Assembly (NCBI GenBank): GCA_965649765.1
Contig: OZ287758.1
Location: 13,330,001-13,394,000, forward strand
Length of the DNA: 64,000 nt
Reading direction: 5' to 3'
From: Bispira polyomma
Taxonomy: Eukaryota
A model generated the notes under the pieces. The model was not told where the DNA came from. It searched no databases and worked only from the letters and a program-made list of their open reading frames with translations. Below, in pieces: positions 1 to 12,290 of the stretch. The position numbers and the translations under genes are program-made. Position 1 is the stretch's first letter. Each line of letters starts with the position of its first letter.

Positions 1-3000
1 AAAATTCTGCAAAAATACGTTTTTGTTAAAGGCAAATGTAATGTCTGACTTTCTGAAAGTATAAAAGCCGTTTGATTGCAATGGAATACCTATATTTTCT
101 AAACAATTTTGGAAAGCCGATCTCACGTGAGATTGGACAATTGGTTATAATAGGGGTAAATTGGCTGAAAATCGTGGTCAGTGGTCTAGAAAGGAAAAGT
201 TCCCTAAAGGGGCAGAGATGATGGTGTTAAACAAAGAAATTTGTATAATGTGTGTTTTAGTTCTACTTTGCAAATTGTTTGCTCATTTTAAGATGACATA
301 AGCTCCTGGTGGGGCAAAAATTATCTTTTTCTAAGAAAATGCTTTCAAGCGTAAAAAAAACCTCTAGAATGAGAGGCTATGTTTAAAAGCCTGATAAACC
401 CGAAAAATTACAAGAGGAAAATTGTTATATCCAATATTGAATCATGTAAGATTTGACAAGCCTGTGAAATTTGTGTTAATTGATTTATATTAAATCAACT
501 TTAGGATGGAAAGAGGAGTTAATGGTTATACTCCTAGGCTGGTATTCTTGAACGTATACTCACCTTAAGCTTATCCTCAACTCAAATCTGGATTCTCCAT
601 AACTCTTGATATGGTAAAAATATCTAAAACCTGACTTGATATTTGAATTCAGTGTTAAAAGCTCTATAAAAATGCATGGTCACACATATAGGTTATTACC
701 ATATACAATGATTTCCACATGGTCTATATTTGAGTTGAGTATGAGTTTAAGCTGAGTATACGTTCGAGAATACGGGCCCTAATAAACAAAGTTATGGAAT
801 TGTGAGTGAAGGGAGCCATGTCCACTGTAATTTCCTAGCCATGATTTTTTGAGAAGAGAGATAGTTAATAGGTTAAAGTATTTTAGGGGAACTTTGTTCC
901 ACTAATACTGATTGTAGAAGTCTTGTAATAATTCAGCATTTGGTGGCTTGGCAGAATATATCCTGAAAAGAGTATTTGCTATGATATTATGTTTGCCTGA
1001 AATGTATTGAATTTCTATAGGTGTGTCATGAGTGTCAAGAAAAAGCCAAATAGTCTTCACACATATGGTTAAAAGGGTACCCCTAGTTTTCTGAGTGTTC
1101 ACAACAGGCAGTATGGCCATGTTATAGCAGTGAAAGTGTATATACTGGTGTGCCCATTTGGGCGCCCAGACACGCAGTGTGAGAATAATATTTAACATCT
1201 CAAGGTGAACAAACTCTTGATTGTAAATCACTAAGATCCCCCCCTCCCCTAAGACGTGTGAGACAAGCGTCTAAATGTTATTTGTTCCAATTTGACGCTG
1301 TGGATGGGTCGATAAAAGTAATGCCATTTAAAGTTTATTAGAATTTTTTAACCATGCCAGATCGTTCTATTAATAAAGGTACATGCATAAATGAACATAC
1401 AGTAATTTACCCAGTAACGACTAAGCATGATTATATGCCTATTGTAAATGTCACAACGACATTCCAAAATCTCAAAAAAAATTCTTTTGAATACTAATTG
1501 TTTCCTCTATGATGTCTATATCTATCCCCAGGCATGTGATATTTGTGCTTGGGGGATGAGCTTCTGCCTTGCAGCAAACGCAAATATTATTTTCTATGTA
1601 GCATATTGAAACCATGGTGACTCATATAGGGCCCAACTGCATCAGAACAGTGTTGAAAGGCCGCCATTCAATGGACCCAGTCACTGCCAGATCAATGTAT
1701 TCTCTTAGAACAAAATATCGAGTTTCAATGCATCGACAGGGTCTACACGCAGGTTGCGGAATGCTCTAGTGATGTCAACTGCAAATAAAAGTGTCAAATT
1801 CACTTTTCAAAGTAAATTTCAATCCATCGAAGAGTGATTTATTGATGTTCTCAATTACTGAGCGGCCATACAGAAGTGACAAATTTAGTATAACTCTGCC
1901 ACTGTTAATATCTTTCGGAAGCCTCAGAAGCGGTGAGCAATGGTAATGTGGAGAGTCACCTTCACTGGGCCTAACATAGTTCCTTTACTCTTTTCTTTTC
2001 AAGATAATTTCCTACATTCTTAGTGCGTTAAACAGCAGAAAGGTGGTACACCACAAGATTATTGTTCAGCTCAAATGGGTTGGTGAATGATAACGGGAAC
2101 CCAAATTTAATATATTGGCAAAGTAATTGATCAGGGTAGTCTCCAAAGACATACTCCTAAGCTTCAAAATGTAAGCCAGGTAAAAGTGGGATCCTAGCCT
2201 GTCGGTCCTGGACAGCAGTGTCCTTGATAACAGTGGTCCCTTGCAGCATGTCCTCTACTGATTGAATGTTCCTAGGTGGTCTCTCTGGGCCCATCAAAGT
2301 GAAGTCATCTCTAACCTGAAGTATTTCATCTTTAATGTCATCAATCAATGCATCAATTAAAATATTTAGTGTAATTACAACAACCCTGCTTATGGCATGC
2401 CATATCTCTCTTGAAATAGTGTACACTATTGGAAGCTTGCTAAACCAATGTTGGGTGATGAATTTCTACTTCATTATATGAATTCTCTATTAAAAAAGTT
2501 AAGTGCACCATTACTATGATTTCCCAAGTTTGAATAATTTCAAATAGTCCTTTTGGTCACATCAAAGTATATGTTGAAAAGCACCTTAATTATATCGGAT
2601 TTGTCTTTTAAATATACAATAGGAGTGATGGTTTGAATTGAATTAGAGTAACCCGCCAATTGTTTATTGAAACTTGAATTTGACAATTGTTATTGTCAAG
2701 CTGACTTTGATTGTTACTGTTGCTGTATCCATACAAGTGGTCTATCACAGTGTGAACTACTGGCTGGCCTGATGACTGAAAGCCATAGCTTTTTCTGTCC
2801 TAAAATTGAATAAACTGTTGAACAAGATTAGTGCAAGTATCATTCATACAGGAAATATTAATATTATTAACATCAATAGTACTATTTTCAATATTGATAT
2901 AAGTTCTTTTCAATGTTAATCTCCACTTTCGTGTATATATATTTACTGTTACTATTATTTTGTTCTCAATTGTTGACTATTCAGTTTTACCCTATGGCTG

Positions 3001-3760
3001 CCTACAGTGCTGCCCTTATCACTTATCATCAATGTTAGTCCATCTGGTTGAGAACCGTAAGTAAGAGAAGTAAGTGAGTGAACTCTTCCCCCCCCCCCCC
3101 TTTACTCAAGAGATTCATTGTCTTCAAAAGCCCGTTCTGCCAAGACAGAGAACTTATTGTTCAATACTAGACCTTTTGCTTTACGATTGTAGTGACAATC
3201 ATCTATTGTGTGCTTTTTGACACATTTTTGCAGAACAGCCCCCCCCCTCCCCTTTGTGACATGTGGGTTGTTGCACAATATGTGTAATAAAATGAGATTT
3301 TTTAAGACCAAGGGTGGCTTCCGAGGTGTCAACATTGCCATGTTTAATGTGTTTTTTTAAACTCTTTTGTTTCCCCTTGCTTGTGTTACATATTTTTGAC
3401 ACCTTGCTGTGAATTTTCTTTTCACTGCCACCCGAGGCCCCTTTTTCATTATGTACAAACATACTTAGTACTACTACTTTGAACCTTTTCTAGATCACTA
3501 AAACTAACTTTAGCCTTGAAATATTCACAAGCTTTATATATCATTAAATTGTCTAGCAAGCTAAAATCTTTAAAAAATTCTAGCTTCTGATCTAATTTTA
3601 CTCATTATGGTCCCTCAGTTTTTTACCCTTTTTAGACAATTACTGGTTCTGTGACTACCTTCACAAGTTTCACAGCTGGGCTTTTAAAATCGGCCACATG
3701 TATTATGACTGTTCAGTTATTTACATGTCCTATCCTGGAAAAACCAACAAGACAAAGACA
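1..3760 (-). mobile_element. Decayed tyrosine-recombinase (DIRS/Ngaro-type) retrotransposon, family A, copy 1 (YR remnant, RNase H, RT, upstream region; internal deletions)
   Basis: ORF 902-1231 has DIRS-type RNase H motifs (HLEMLNI..LRVW, C.N.A, I.GK.N..A..L.R). Frameshifted RT lies at about 1300-2200. Collinear with 4860-17345 and 45050-56980, with deletions at about 2307, 2773 and 3056. Confidence 0.8.
537..778. mobile_element. 242-bp MITE, PIF/Harbinger-like
   Basis: Imperfect TIRs of about 50 bp (ggctggtattcttgaacgtatactca... / ...tgagtatacgttcgagaatacgggcc). 3-bp TSD CTA at 534-536 and 779-781. Empty site at 27040-27042. Confidence 0.8.
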
Positions 3761-4125
3761 TTGTCATACTCTTGGATTCTCTGATAAACTTCAGCCTAGA
3801 TCTTTGAGTTGCTGTGGGAGGCTTTGAAGAGAAAAGTTCATTGATGCTGGCTTTTTCCTCTTGGTTTTTTAAACGTTCGTCCTGAGATTTTAACTAATCT
3901 CCCATACCTTTTCATTACAGACAATAATTTTTCAAAGTTTTTCTCACAGTATATTGCTCTGTGTATTGTTTTGTTCAATTTTTTGACAATCTTCCATTTC
4001 ACCTTTTGCCCCATGCAGAGACAATTGCTCAGGTATGGCGCTACCTCGAATCGACTTCTTATGCTACCTAAATAATACCACAAACATTTATGCTATTATC
4101 CCCCCTAGCTAACTCCTTTTGGTTT

Positions 4126-4848
4126 TGGCATTTATAAAATTATTTCCTATTTTAAATTTTTATGTATAGTTGTACATTTAACTCTTTGTGTAAATGAATT
4201 CTCCAAACACGTTAAATGTGGTTTTTCCCTACCTTTGCTTTACATGGTTTTTTAGGAACTATGTAAGTCACTGTAGGACTCGAGAGCAAAACAAGTCAGT
4301 CGCAGAAGTAGAGGGTTTACTGTATCTGCATCAACACACTTGTAAGCTAATTACTTAAGACTAATCAGAGGTGTCTTAGAGGAAGGTCTACCTAGTTAAG
4401 CTGTTTATTGGCCTAACAACAAATCAGAGCCAGTGTGTGGGAAGGTTTTCCTCCCTTTCCTGATTTACTTCATTGTAAATTTAATGACTAAAGTGTCAAC
4501 AAGTAAAAATTGTCCCAGCCTCCACCCAATAATTAGAGGTTACATGTATATATTTTAGTGATTGTATTATATGGTTATAAAAGAACATGGTTCAGATCAC
4601 TCTTTTGTCTACTTCTATACAAGTTATAATGCAACCTTATTGTTTATACACGTTATAAATTTTACATTTTATTTTATGGCTTTTTAGTCTTATTGACATA
4701 CCATGTTATGATTATATGGCATTTATAAAAATTTATCCTATTTAAAATTTTTATGTATAGTTGTACATTTAACTCTTGTAAATAAATTTTCCAAACATGT
4801 TACATATGGTTTTCCCCTGACTTTGCCTTACATGGTCTTTTAGCAACT
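4126..4848 (+). repeat. Direct repeat of about 133 bp (4126-4260 and 4717-4848) at the 3' end of YR element A; duplicated at about 44414 and 44908
   Basis: Both arms start tggcatttataaaa and end ttag(g/c)aact, with high identity. Confidence 0.85.
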
Positions 4849-5433
4849 GATTTACGCCACTCCCAGTAAATGACTTTCAAAGGTCAAGCAACATAATATT
4901 CTGCAAAAATACGTTTTTGTTGAAGGCAAATGTAATGTCTGACTTTCTGAAAGTACAAATGCAATTTGATTGTAATGGAATACCTATATTTTCTAAACAA
5001 TTCTGTAAAGCCAATCTCACGTGAGATTGGACAATTGGTTAAAATAGAGGTACATTGGCTGAAAATCGTGGTCAGTGGTCTAGAAAGGAAAAGTTCCCTA
5101 AAGGGGCAGAGATGATGGTTTTAAACAATGAAATTTGTATAATGTGTGTTTTAGTTCTACTTTGCAAATTGTTTGCCCATTTTAAGATGACATAAGCTCT
5201 TGGTGGGGCAAAAATTATCTTTTTCTAAGAAAATGCTTCAAAGGGTAAAAAAAAAACCCTCTAGAATGAGAGGCTCTGTTTGAAAGCCTGATAAACCCGA
5301 AAAATTACAAGAGGAAGATTGTTATATACAATATTGAATCATGTAAGATTTGACAAGACTGTGAAATTTGTGTTAACTGATTTATATTAAATAAACTTTA
5401 GGACAGAAAGAGGAGTTAATGGTTATACTCCTG

Positions 5434-5675
5434 GGCTGGTATTCTTGAACGTATACTCAGCTCAAAGTCATACTCAACTCAGATCTGGATTCTCTATGAC
5501 TCTAGATGCAGCAAAGATATCTAAAATCTGATATGATATTTAAATTCAGTGTTGAAAGCTCTATCAAAATGAATGGTCACAAGTATAGGTTATATCTAGG
5601 TACAATGATTTCCACATGGCCAATATTTGAGTTGAGTATGAGTTTAAGCTGAGTATACGTTTGAGAATATGGGCC
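5434..5675. mobile_element. 242-bp Harbinger-like MITE (same insertion as 537-778)
   Basis: Same TIRs; flanked by CTG (5431-5433) and CAG (5676-5678). Confidence 0.8.
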
Positions 5676-6141
5676 CAGATAAACAAAGTTATGGAATTGT
5701 GAGTGAAGGGAGCCATGTCCACTGTAATTTCCTAGCCATGATTTTTTGAGAAGAGAGATAGTTACTAGGTTAAAGTATTTTAGGGGAACTTTGTTCCACT
5801 CATACTGATTGTAGAAGTCTTGTAATAATTCAGCATTTGGTGGCTTGGCAGAATATATCCTAAAAAGAGTATTTCCAATGATATTATGTTTGCCTGAAAT
5901 GTATTGAATTTCTATAGGTGTGTCATGAGTGTCAAGAAAAAGCCAAATAGTCTTCACACATATGGTTAAAAAAGTACCCCTAGTTTTCTGAGTGTTCACA
6001 ATAGGCAGTACGGCCATGTTATAGCAGTGAAAGTGTATATACTGGTGTGCCCATTTGGGCGCCCAGACACGCAGTGTGAGAATAATATTTAACATCTCAA
6101 GGGGAATAAACTCTTGATTGTAAATCACTAAGATCCCCCTT

Positions 6142-8159
6142 TTAAAAATAAATATAGAGAAAACGCAGGTGTTTTGGTTGGGAAGCAAAAAACATGAGGC
6201 TGAAATATGCACAGACTTAAACTTAAACTGGGTACACAGGTTTAAGTTATTAGGCATGCATTTTGATACAGATACAGAAAAAATCAATGAACTGAACTAT
6301 GAACCAAAACTCTCTGAGATAGAGAAACTTTTGTCTGTTTATAAGAAAAGAAATTTAAGTTTAATAGGTAAAATTACTGTCATAAAAACACTTGCAATTC
6401 CAAAGTTGGTTTATCTACTTACAGTTTTGCCTCCACCAGAGGAAAATTTTTTCCTTGATATGGAACGAATGTTTAAGGGCTTCCTGTGGGATGGTAATGT
6501 TAGAATAAAATTATCACAGCTTGAACAAGATATCTCAGAGGGGGGTCTGAAGTTAACAAATCTGCGAAACTTCCATATTAGTCTGAAGCTATCTTGGATA
6601 AAAAGGTTAATAGAAACAGATGGGACTTGGCAAAAACTTTTTGAGTACATTTGTCAAGTTGATAAGTATAGAGTTTGGGAGTTAGACACAGAATCTTTGT
6701 CAAACCTTAGCTGTTTAAAGACTACTAACTCTTTTTGGAAATGTGTTTTGAACATTTGGATTCGGTATAAGAAAACCTATTCATATACTGATCCCAGACA
6801 TTATCCGATTTGGGGAACCTACTTTATACAGAATGCCAACTTGCTTAAATTGAGACCCATTTTTGAGAGTAGAGATATCCACTACCTAAATGATTTAATT
6901 AATAATATAGGTGAAATTTATGGCTATGAAGAACTCTGTCAGTGCTTAAGACGAAAAATAAATTTTGTAGATTTTTACAGCCTCATGCACAGTATACCTA
7001 GAGAGTGGAAATTAGAATGTAGATATAGATTAAAAAAGAGTGAGGTTAAACAAGTTGTACTAACTGAATTATTACAAATGCCTAAAGTTTGCAGAGGGAT
7101 ATATGTCAATTTATTAGAAAATACAAAAGTGATTCGTCCCCACATGCAAAAATGGTTCAGCATTCTTCAAGGGGATATTGATCCATCTGACTGGAACATA
7201 TTTTATTCGATGAACTTTAAATGTACTATAGAAAGTAAAATGAGAAGTTTTCAATATAAAATATTACACAGAGTTATACCGACAAACAAATATCTATATC
7301 TATGTGGCATAAAGAGTTCAGATAAATGTTATTATTGTAAGCAGTGGATAGAAACTATTGAACATCTTTTTTGGTTCTGCCCAATTATTCAGAAGTTTTG
7401 GGAGGAATTTAAAAACATTTTAAATCCTTATATTACTATAGATCAGTTTTTCATACCTAAATTAGTACTACTAGGTTATAATGGTGCAAAGAACAAAAGA
7501 CTAATAAATCATTTATTTAATGTAATGAAGCGGTATATTTATGTAACCAAATGCACTGACAGTGTTCTTAGCATAAATCGGTTAAAGCAAATTATTGTAA
7601 ATGTTTTCCTGGTAGAGAAATCTGTGGTTAATCAAAAGATTACTGGGAATGTTGATATCTTTTTTGAAAAGTGGCAACCATTATTAAATTTGATTGAGAA
7701 CTAAACCAAAATTGTAGTAACTTTTTGAAGTAGTATTGTTGAAGCTAATAAAATGAGTCAGGGTTTTTTTTGGGGGGGTGTTACAGGAATTAATGTGTAT
7801 TTAAAAAAAAAAAAAATGTTTATTTCCTCTTGTAGAACCACTGTATCTATACAAGTATTATAAAAAATGCAGTGTATCATTTTATATAACGCTGGGTACA
7901 AATTTCTATGCATACTTTTATTTTTTCTTTATATAACTGTTTTTTGATGCCCGGTTAAAGTTTTTAAATGTGCAAAATCTTATATATAAATCTTGTTATA
8001 AAATATTTTGTGTTTTTGAATATTATTCCTTTGGTTCAAGTACCCTGTGTGGTACAGTTTATTGTAAAGTCCCAGTGAGAGGGTTGCAACCTCTCCCCTC
8101 TGCATTTGGTGTCTGAAAAATACTATAAATAGAGGGAATAAACTATTTAAAAAAAAAAA
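6142..8159 (+). mobile_element. 5'-truncated L1/Tx1-clade LINE insertion
   Basis: TSD aagatccccctt at 6130-6141 and 8160-8171. AATAAA at about 8137 followed by poly(A). Empty sites at about 1233 and 46318. Confidence 0.9.
6169..7704 (+). CDS. C-terminal half of L1/Tx1 ORF2 (end of RT, thumb, CCHC zinc knuckle); open from 6142 with no true start
   Basis: Motifs LKINIEKTQVFWLG, LSLIGKITVIKTLAIPK, EGGL, LRSFQYKILHR-like (MRSFQYKILHR) and CYYC...ETIEHLFWFC. 511 codons without a stop. Confidence 0.9.
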   Translation: MFWLGSKKHEAEICTDLNLNWVHRFKLLGMHFDTDTEKINELNYEPKLSEIEKLLSVYKKRNLSLIGKITVIKTLAIPKLVYLLTVLPPPEENFFLDMERMFKGFLWDGNVRIKLSQLEQDISEGGLKLTNLRNFHISLKLSWIKRLIETDGTWQKLFEYICQVDKYRVWELDTESLSNLSCLKTTNSFWKCVLNIWIRYKKTYSYTDPRHYPIWGTYFIQNANLLKLRPIFESRDIHYLNDLINNIGEIYGYEELCQCLRRKINFVDFYSLMHSIPREWKLECRYRLKKSEVKQVVLTELLQMPKVCRGIYVNLLENTKVIRPHMQKWFSILQGDIDPSDWNIFYSMNFKCTIESKMRSFQYKILHRVIPTNKYLYLCGIKSSDKCYYCKQWIETIEHLFWFCPIIQKFWEEFKNILNPYITIDQFFIPKLVLLGYNGAKNKRLINHLFNVMKRYIYVTKCTDSVLSINRLKQIIVNVFLVEKSVVNQKITGNVDIFFEKWQPLLNLIEN

Positions 8160-11078
8160 AAGATCCCCCTTCCCCTAAGGCGTGTGAGAAAAGCGTCTAA
8201 ACGTCATTTGTTCAAATTTGACGCTATGGGTGGGTCGATAAAAGTAATGCCATTTAAAGTTCATTAGAATTTTTTAACCATGCCAGATCGTTCTATTAAT
8301 AAAGGTACATGCATAAATGAACATACAGTAATTTACCCAGTAACGACTAAGCATGATTATATGCCTATTGTAAATATCACAACAACATTCCAAAATCTCA
8401 AAAAAAATTCTTTTGAATACTAATTGTTTCCTCTATGATGTCTATATCTATCCCCAGGCATGTGATATTTGTGCTAGGGGGATGAGCTCCTGCCTTGCAG
8501 CAAACGCAAATATTATTTTCTATGTAGCATATTGAAACCATGGTGACCCATTTAGAACCCAAATGCATCAGAACAGTGTTGAAAGGCCGCCCTGCAATGG
8601 ACCCAGCTACTGCCAGATCAATGTATTCTCTTAGAACAAAATATCGAGTTTCAATGCATCGACAGGGTCTACACGCAGGTTGCGAAATGCTCTAGTGATG
8701 TCAACTGCAAGTGTCAAAGTCACTTTTCAAAGTAAATTTCAATCCATCGAAGAGTGATTTATTGACGTTCTCGATTACTGAGCGGCCATACAGAAGGGAC
8801 AAATTTAGTATAACTCTGCCACTGTTAATATCTTTCGGAAGCCTCAGCAGCGGTGAGCAATGGTAATGTGGAGAGTCACCGTCACTGGGCCTAACATAGC
8901 CCCTTTAGTCTTTTCTTTTCAAGATAATTTCCTACATTCTTAGTGCGTTAAACAGCAGAAAGGTGGTTCACCACAAGATTATTGTTCAGCTCAAATGGGA
9001 TGGTGAGTGATAACGGGAACCCAAATTTAATATATGGGCAAAGTAATTTATCAGGGTAGTCTCAAAAGATATACTCCTAAGCTTCAAAATGTAAGCCAGG
9101 TAAAAGTGGGATCCTAGCCTGTCAGTCCTGGACAGCAGTGTCCTTGATAACAGTGGTCACTTGCAGCATGTCCTCTACTGATTGAATGTTCCCAGGTGGT
9201 CTCTCTGGGCCCATCAAAGTGAAGTCAGTGAAAGATAGTGCCAAGAAACCCACGCTTTTATGAGGCTCATTAAAGCCCTTAATCTGATTAAATTTGACTG
9301 ATTACTTTGAAGAATTTGAGTGAAGTTGGCGCACGATGGATTTGTGTACATTTTTTTGACAATCAAGTCTCACAATTGACTTGTTATATTTGAGTCTACA
9401 TACATTTGCCTCAGTCTGACTTCGCACATCTCTAACCTGAAGTATTTCATCTTTAATGTCATCAATCAATGCATCAATTAAAATATTTAGTGTAATTACA
9501 ACAACCCTGCTTATGGCATGCCATATCTCTCTTGAAATAGTATACACTATTGGAAGCTTACTGAACCACTGTTGGGTGATGAATTTCTACTTCATTATAT
9601 GAATTCTCTATTAAAAAAGTTAAGTGCACCATTACTATGATTTCCCAAGTTTGAATAATTTCAAATAGTTCTTTTGGTCACATCAAAGTATATGTTGAAA
9701 AGCACCTTAATTATATCGGACTTGTCTTTTAAATATACAATAGGAGTGATGGTTTGAATTGAATTAGAGTAACCCGCCAATTGTTTATTGAAACTTGAAT
9801 TTGACAATTGTTATTGTCAAGCTGACTTTGATTGTTACTATTGCTGTATCCATACAAGTGGTCTATCGCAGTGTGAACTACTGGCTGGCCTGATGCCTGC
9901 CAGTTGTTCTCATCATACGTATTACCATGGATGTTAACACTTTCATGTACCTTGTAGTACTGATCAGGTACTGCTGACTGAAAGCCATAGCTTTCTCTGT
10001 CCTAAAATTGAATAAACTGTTGAACAAGATTAGTGCAAGTATCATTCATACAGGAAATATTAATATTATTAACATCAATAGTACTATTTTCAATATTGAT
10101 ATAAGTTCTTTTCAATGTTAATCTCCACTTTCGTGTATATATATTTACTGTTACTATTATTTTTTCTCAATTGTTCACTATTCAGTTTTACCCTATGGCT
10201 GCCTACAGTGCTGCCCTTATCACTTATCATCAATGTTATTCCATCTGGTTGTGAACCGTGTCCCTAATTACTGATTCACCGCTTGGCTGGTTGTTTACTA
10301 ATGTTCTTTTTGAAACACTTGAACTCAGGATGTGATGTTTCTTTATGTAATGTTTTACTACAATATCAGCATATGTGCCTATAAGTCCTGTGGTCCGCCT
10401 TATGTGTACATTTGCAATTGTTGAACAGTTTACAGATAGATTTACTGTCCATACAGAAACCAAGACACAGACAGGACAGACAGGGATATTGTAGCTCTGG
10501 TTTTTCCTGGAATTATACTACAGCTTGTCATAAAAAAATAGACAATAAGAAAGAGCATATAGTGGTGAATATGTTGGACTATTTATTTCGTGATTTTGGG
10601 ACACAAATATAGAGTAAAACTTTTAGAAACTTGGATAATCATGTAAAATCTTGTAATCATGAAAATAAAAGCACACTGGCCAGTGTAGCAAAAAGACTAA
10701 TTAGTACATAACAAGAGTGTTTACATAGTGAAGTGTGCACTGAAGTATGCAAATAAAAGCCCACTGGCCAGTGCAGAAAAAGGACCAACTGACAGTGGAG
10801 ATTTTGTTGGATATACATTTTAGCAAGAAAACATTTGTGACAAAAGCGTTAAATATTGTGGATAATACTACACACTGATTTGAACTTTCTGTACCTCATA
10901 TGGTGATGGGTTAACCCCATGCTTGTTGTGTTGTGTTTTGGTAAGAGGAACATTTTCCTGGGTTAACCCAGTGCATGTTGTGAATATTATTAGAAATGTG
11001 GATTATATTTGCTATGTAATATTACATTAGGAAATCTCTCACACTTGCTTATGTATAAGTTTTGTGCTTCTTCTTGTG

Positions 11079-12290
11079 ATGAATAGAGGAGGAACAGTCA
11101 AGAAATTGCACGATACATCTTTTAGTTCTACAGGAACCTCCAGTCCAAGTCCATATACAAATAGAAAGCCACTTGTGCAGATCAAAATGTTACAGGATGA
11201 TCAAGATACAGGATTACCATCTGACTGGGCAGCGCTGGACAGCAGTGAAAAGTTGGACAGGATTATGGTCACTCTAACCAATGTGGATCTAAATCAGCAC
11301 ATGCTTTCAGACTCCCAAACAGCAAACGAGCTCTCTTTTAGGAAGCTAAATCTTAAGGTATCTCAACTAGAGGGTAAGAATGTCAAGCTGGAGAGGGAAT
11401 TGGCCAGTCTTAAGACTCAGTACTTGAATTTGCAGCAACGATCAATGCAAACTAACCTTGTGTTTCATGGAATTGCTGAAAAAGACAGAGAGAATTGGGA
11501 AGACATCATCATGGAATTTTTGTCGGAGAAATTAAAAGTTAGCAGGAGTGACATATATAGTATTAGGAACTTGGCTGGTGAAATATGAATTGACATGGCT
11601 CACCGTGCTGGCAGAAAGACAGTTTTGCCAAGTGAGTGTCATCCCATTGTCATAAAATTTCTTACTAGGAAAGGGAAATCACTTGTGCTTCAAAATGTAA
11701 GACACTTAAAGGGAACTCAGTTTAGTGTGACTGAACAGTTACCTTCAATAATTAGAGAACAGCGACAAGCCCAAGTACCCAAAATGCAAGAACTTAGAAA
11801 GCAATTACCTGACAAAACACAGCATACTATCAAATTAGTTAATAATAAGCTATTACATAACAAGCATATTATGTATGGTGAATTTGTTAAAAATCCCTTG
11901 CCGGCTACTGATGCTACTGATGATATGTTTGAGTACAATGACTTGGTGCACTCTGAAGTGAATGAGTATGAAGACAGTTATTTCCAGGCTCATGCTATTC
12001 AGGTCAATAGCACCATGGAGGCATGTTTGGCAAGGAACATCAGCAGGCTCTGCACATCACTTGACCTATGTGTATCGATTTGAGGGTAGTTCTGGAGACC
12101 TAGTGGAAGGTTACAGTGATGACGGTGAGGTCAGAGGCAGCATAGAAATTAGACGGGCACTTAATCGGAACAACAAGAAAAATTTGTTTTTGCCATCACA
12201 CGTGTGCACAATGGGCCAAATATTGGCCAGAAGAGGTTTGATTTGATTAGGGATGTAACAGAAGTTGTGCTTAACAATGCTGGGCTGTGA
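11079..12290 (+). pseudogene. LINE ORF1: coiled coil + RRM + C-terminal IMPACT/YigZ (UPF0029)-like domain; one stop and two frameshifts
   Basis: LQQRSMQTNLVFHGIAE and IDMAHRAG...PIVIKF (ORF1 RRM), in frame across the TGA at 11586. Then SYFQAHA, SAHHLTYVYRF, SDDGE and (frameshift) AITRVHNGPNIGQKRFDLI. Confidence 0.8.

Noticed and set aside
5577-6287. 236-aa minus-strand ORF
   Set aside because: Chance chimera of antisense L1, YR RNase H and MITE sequence; not a gene.
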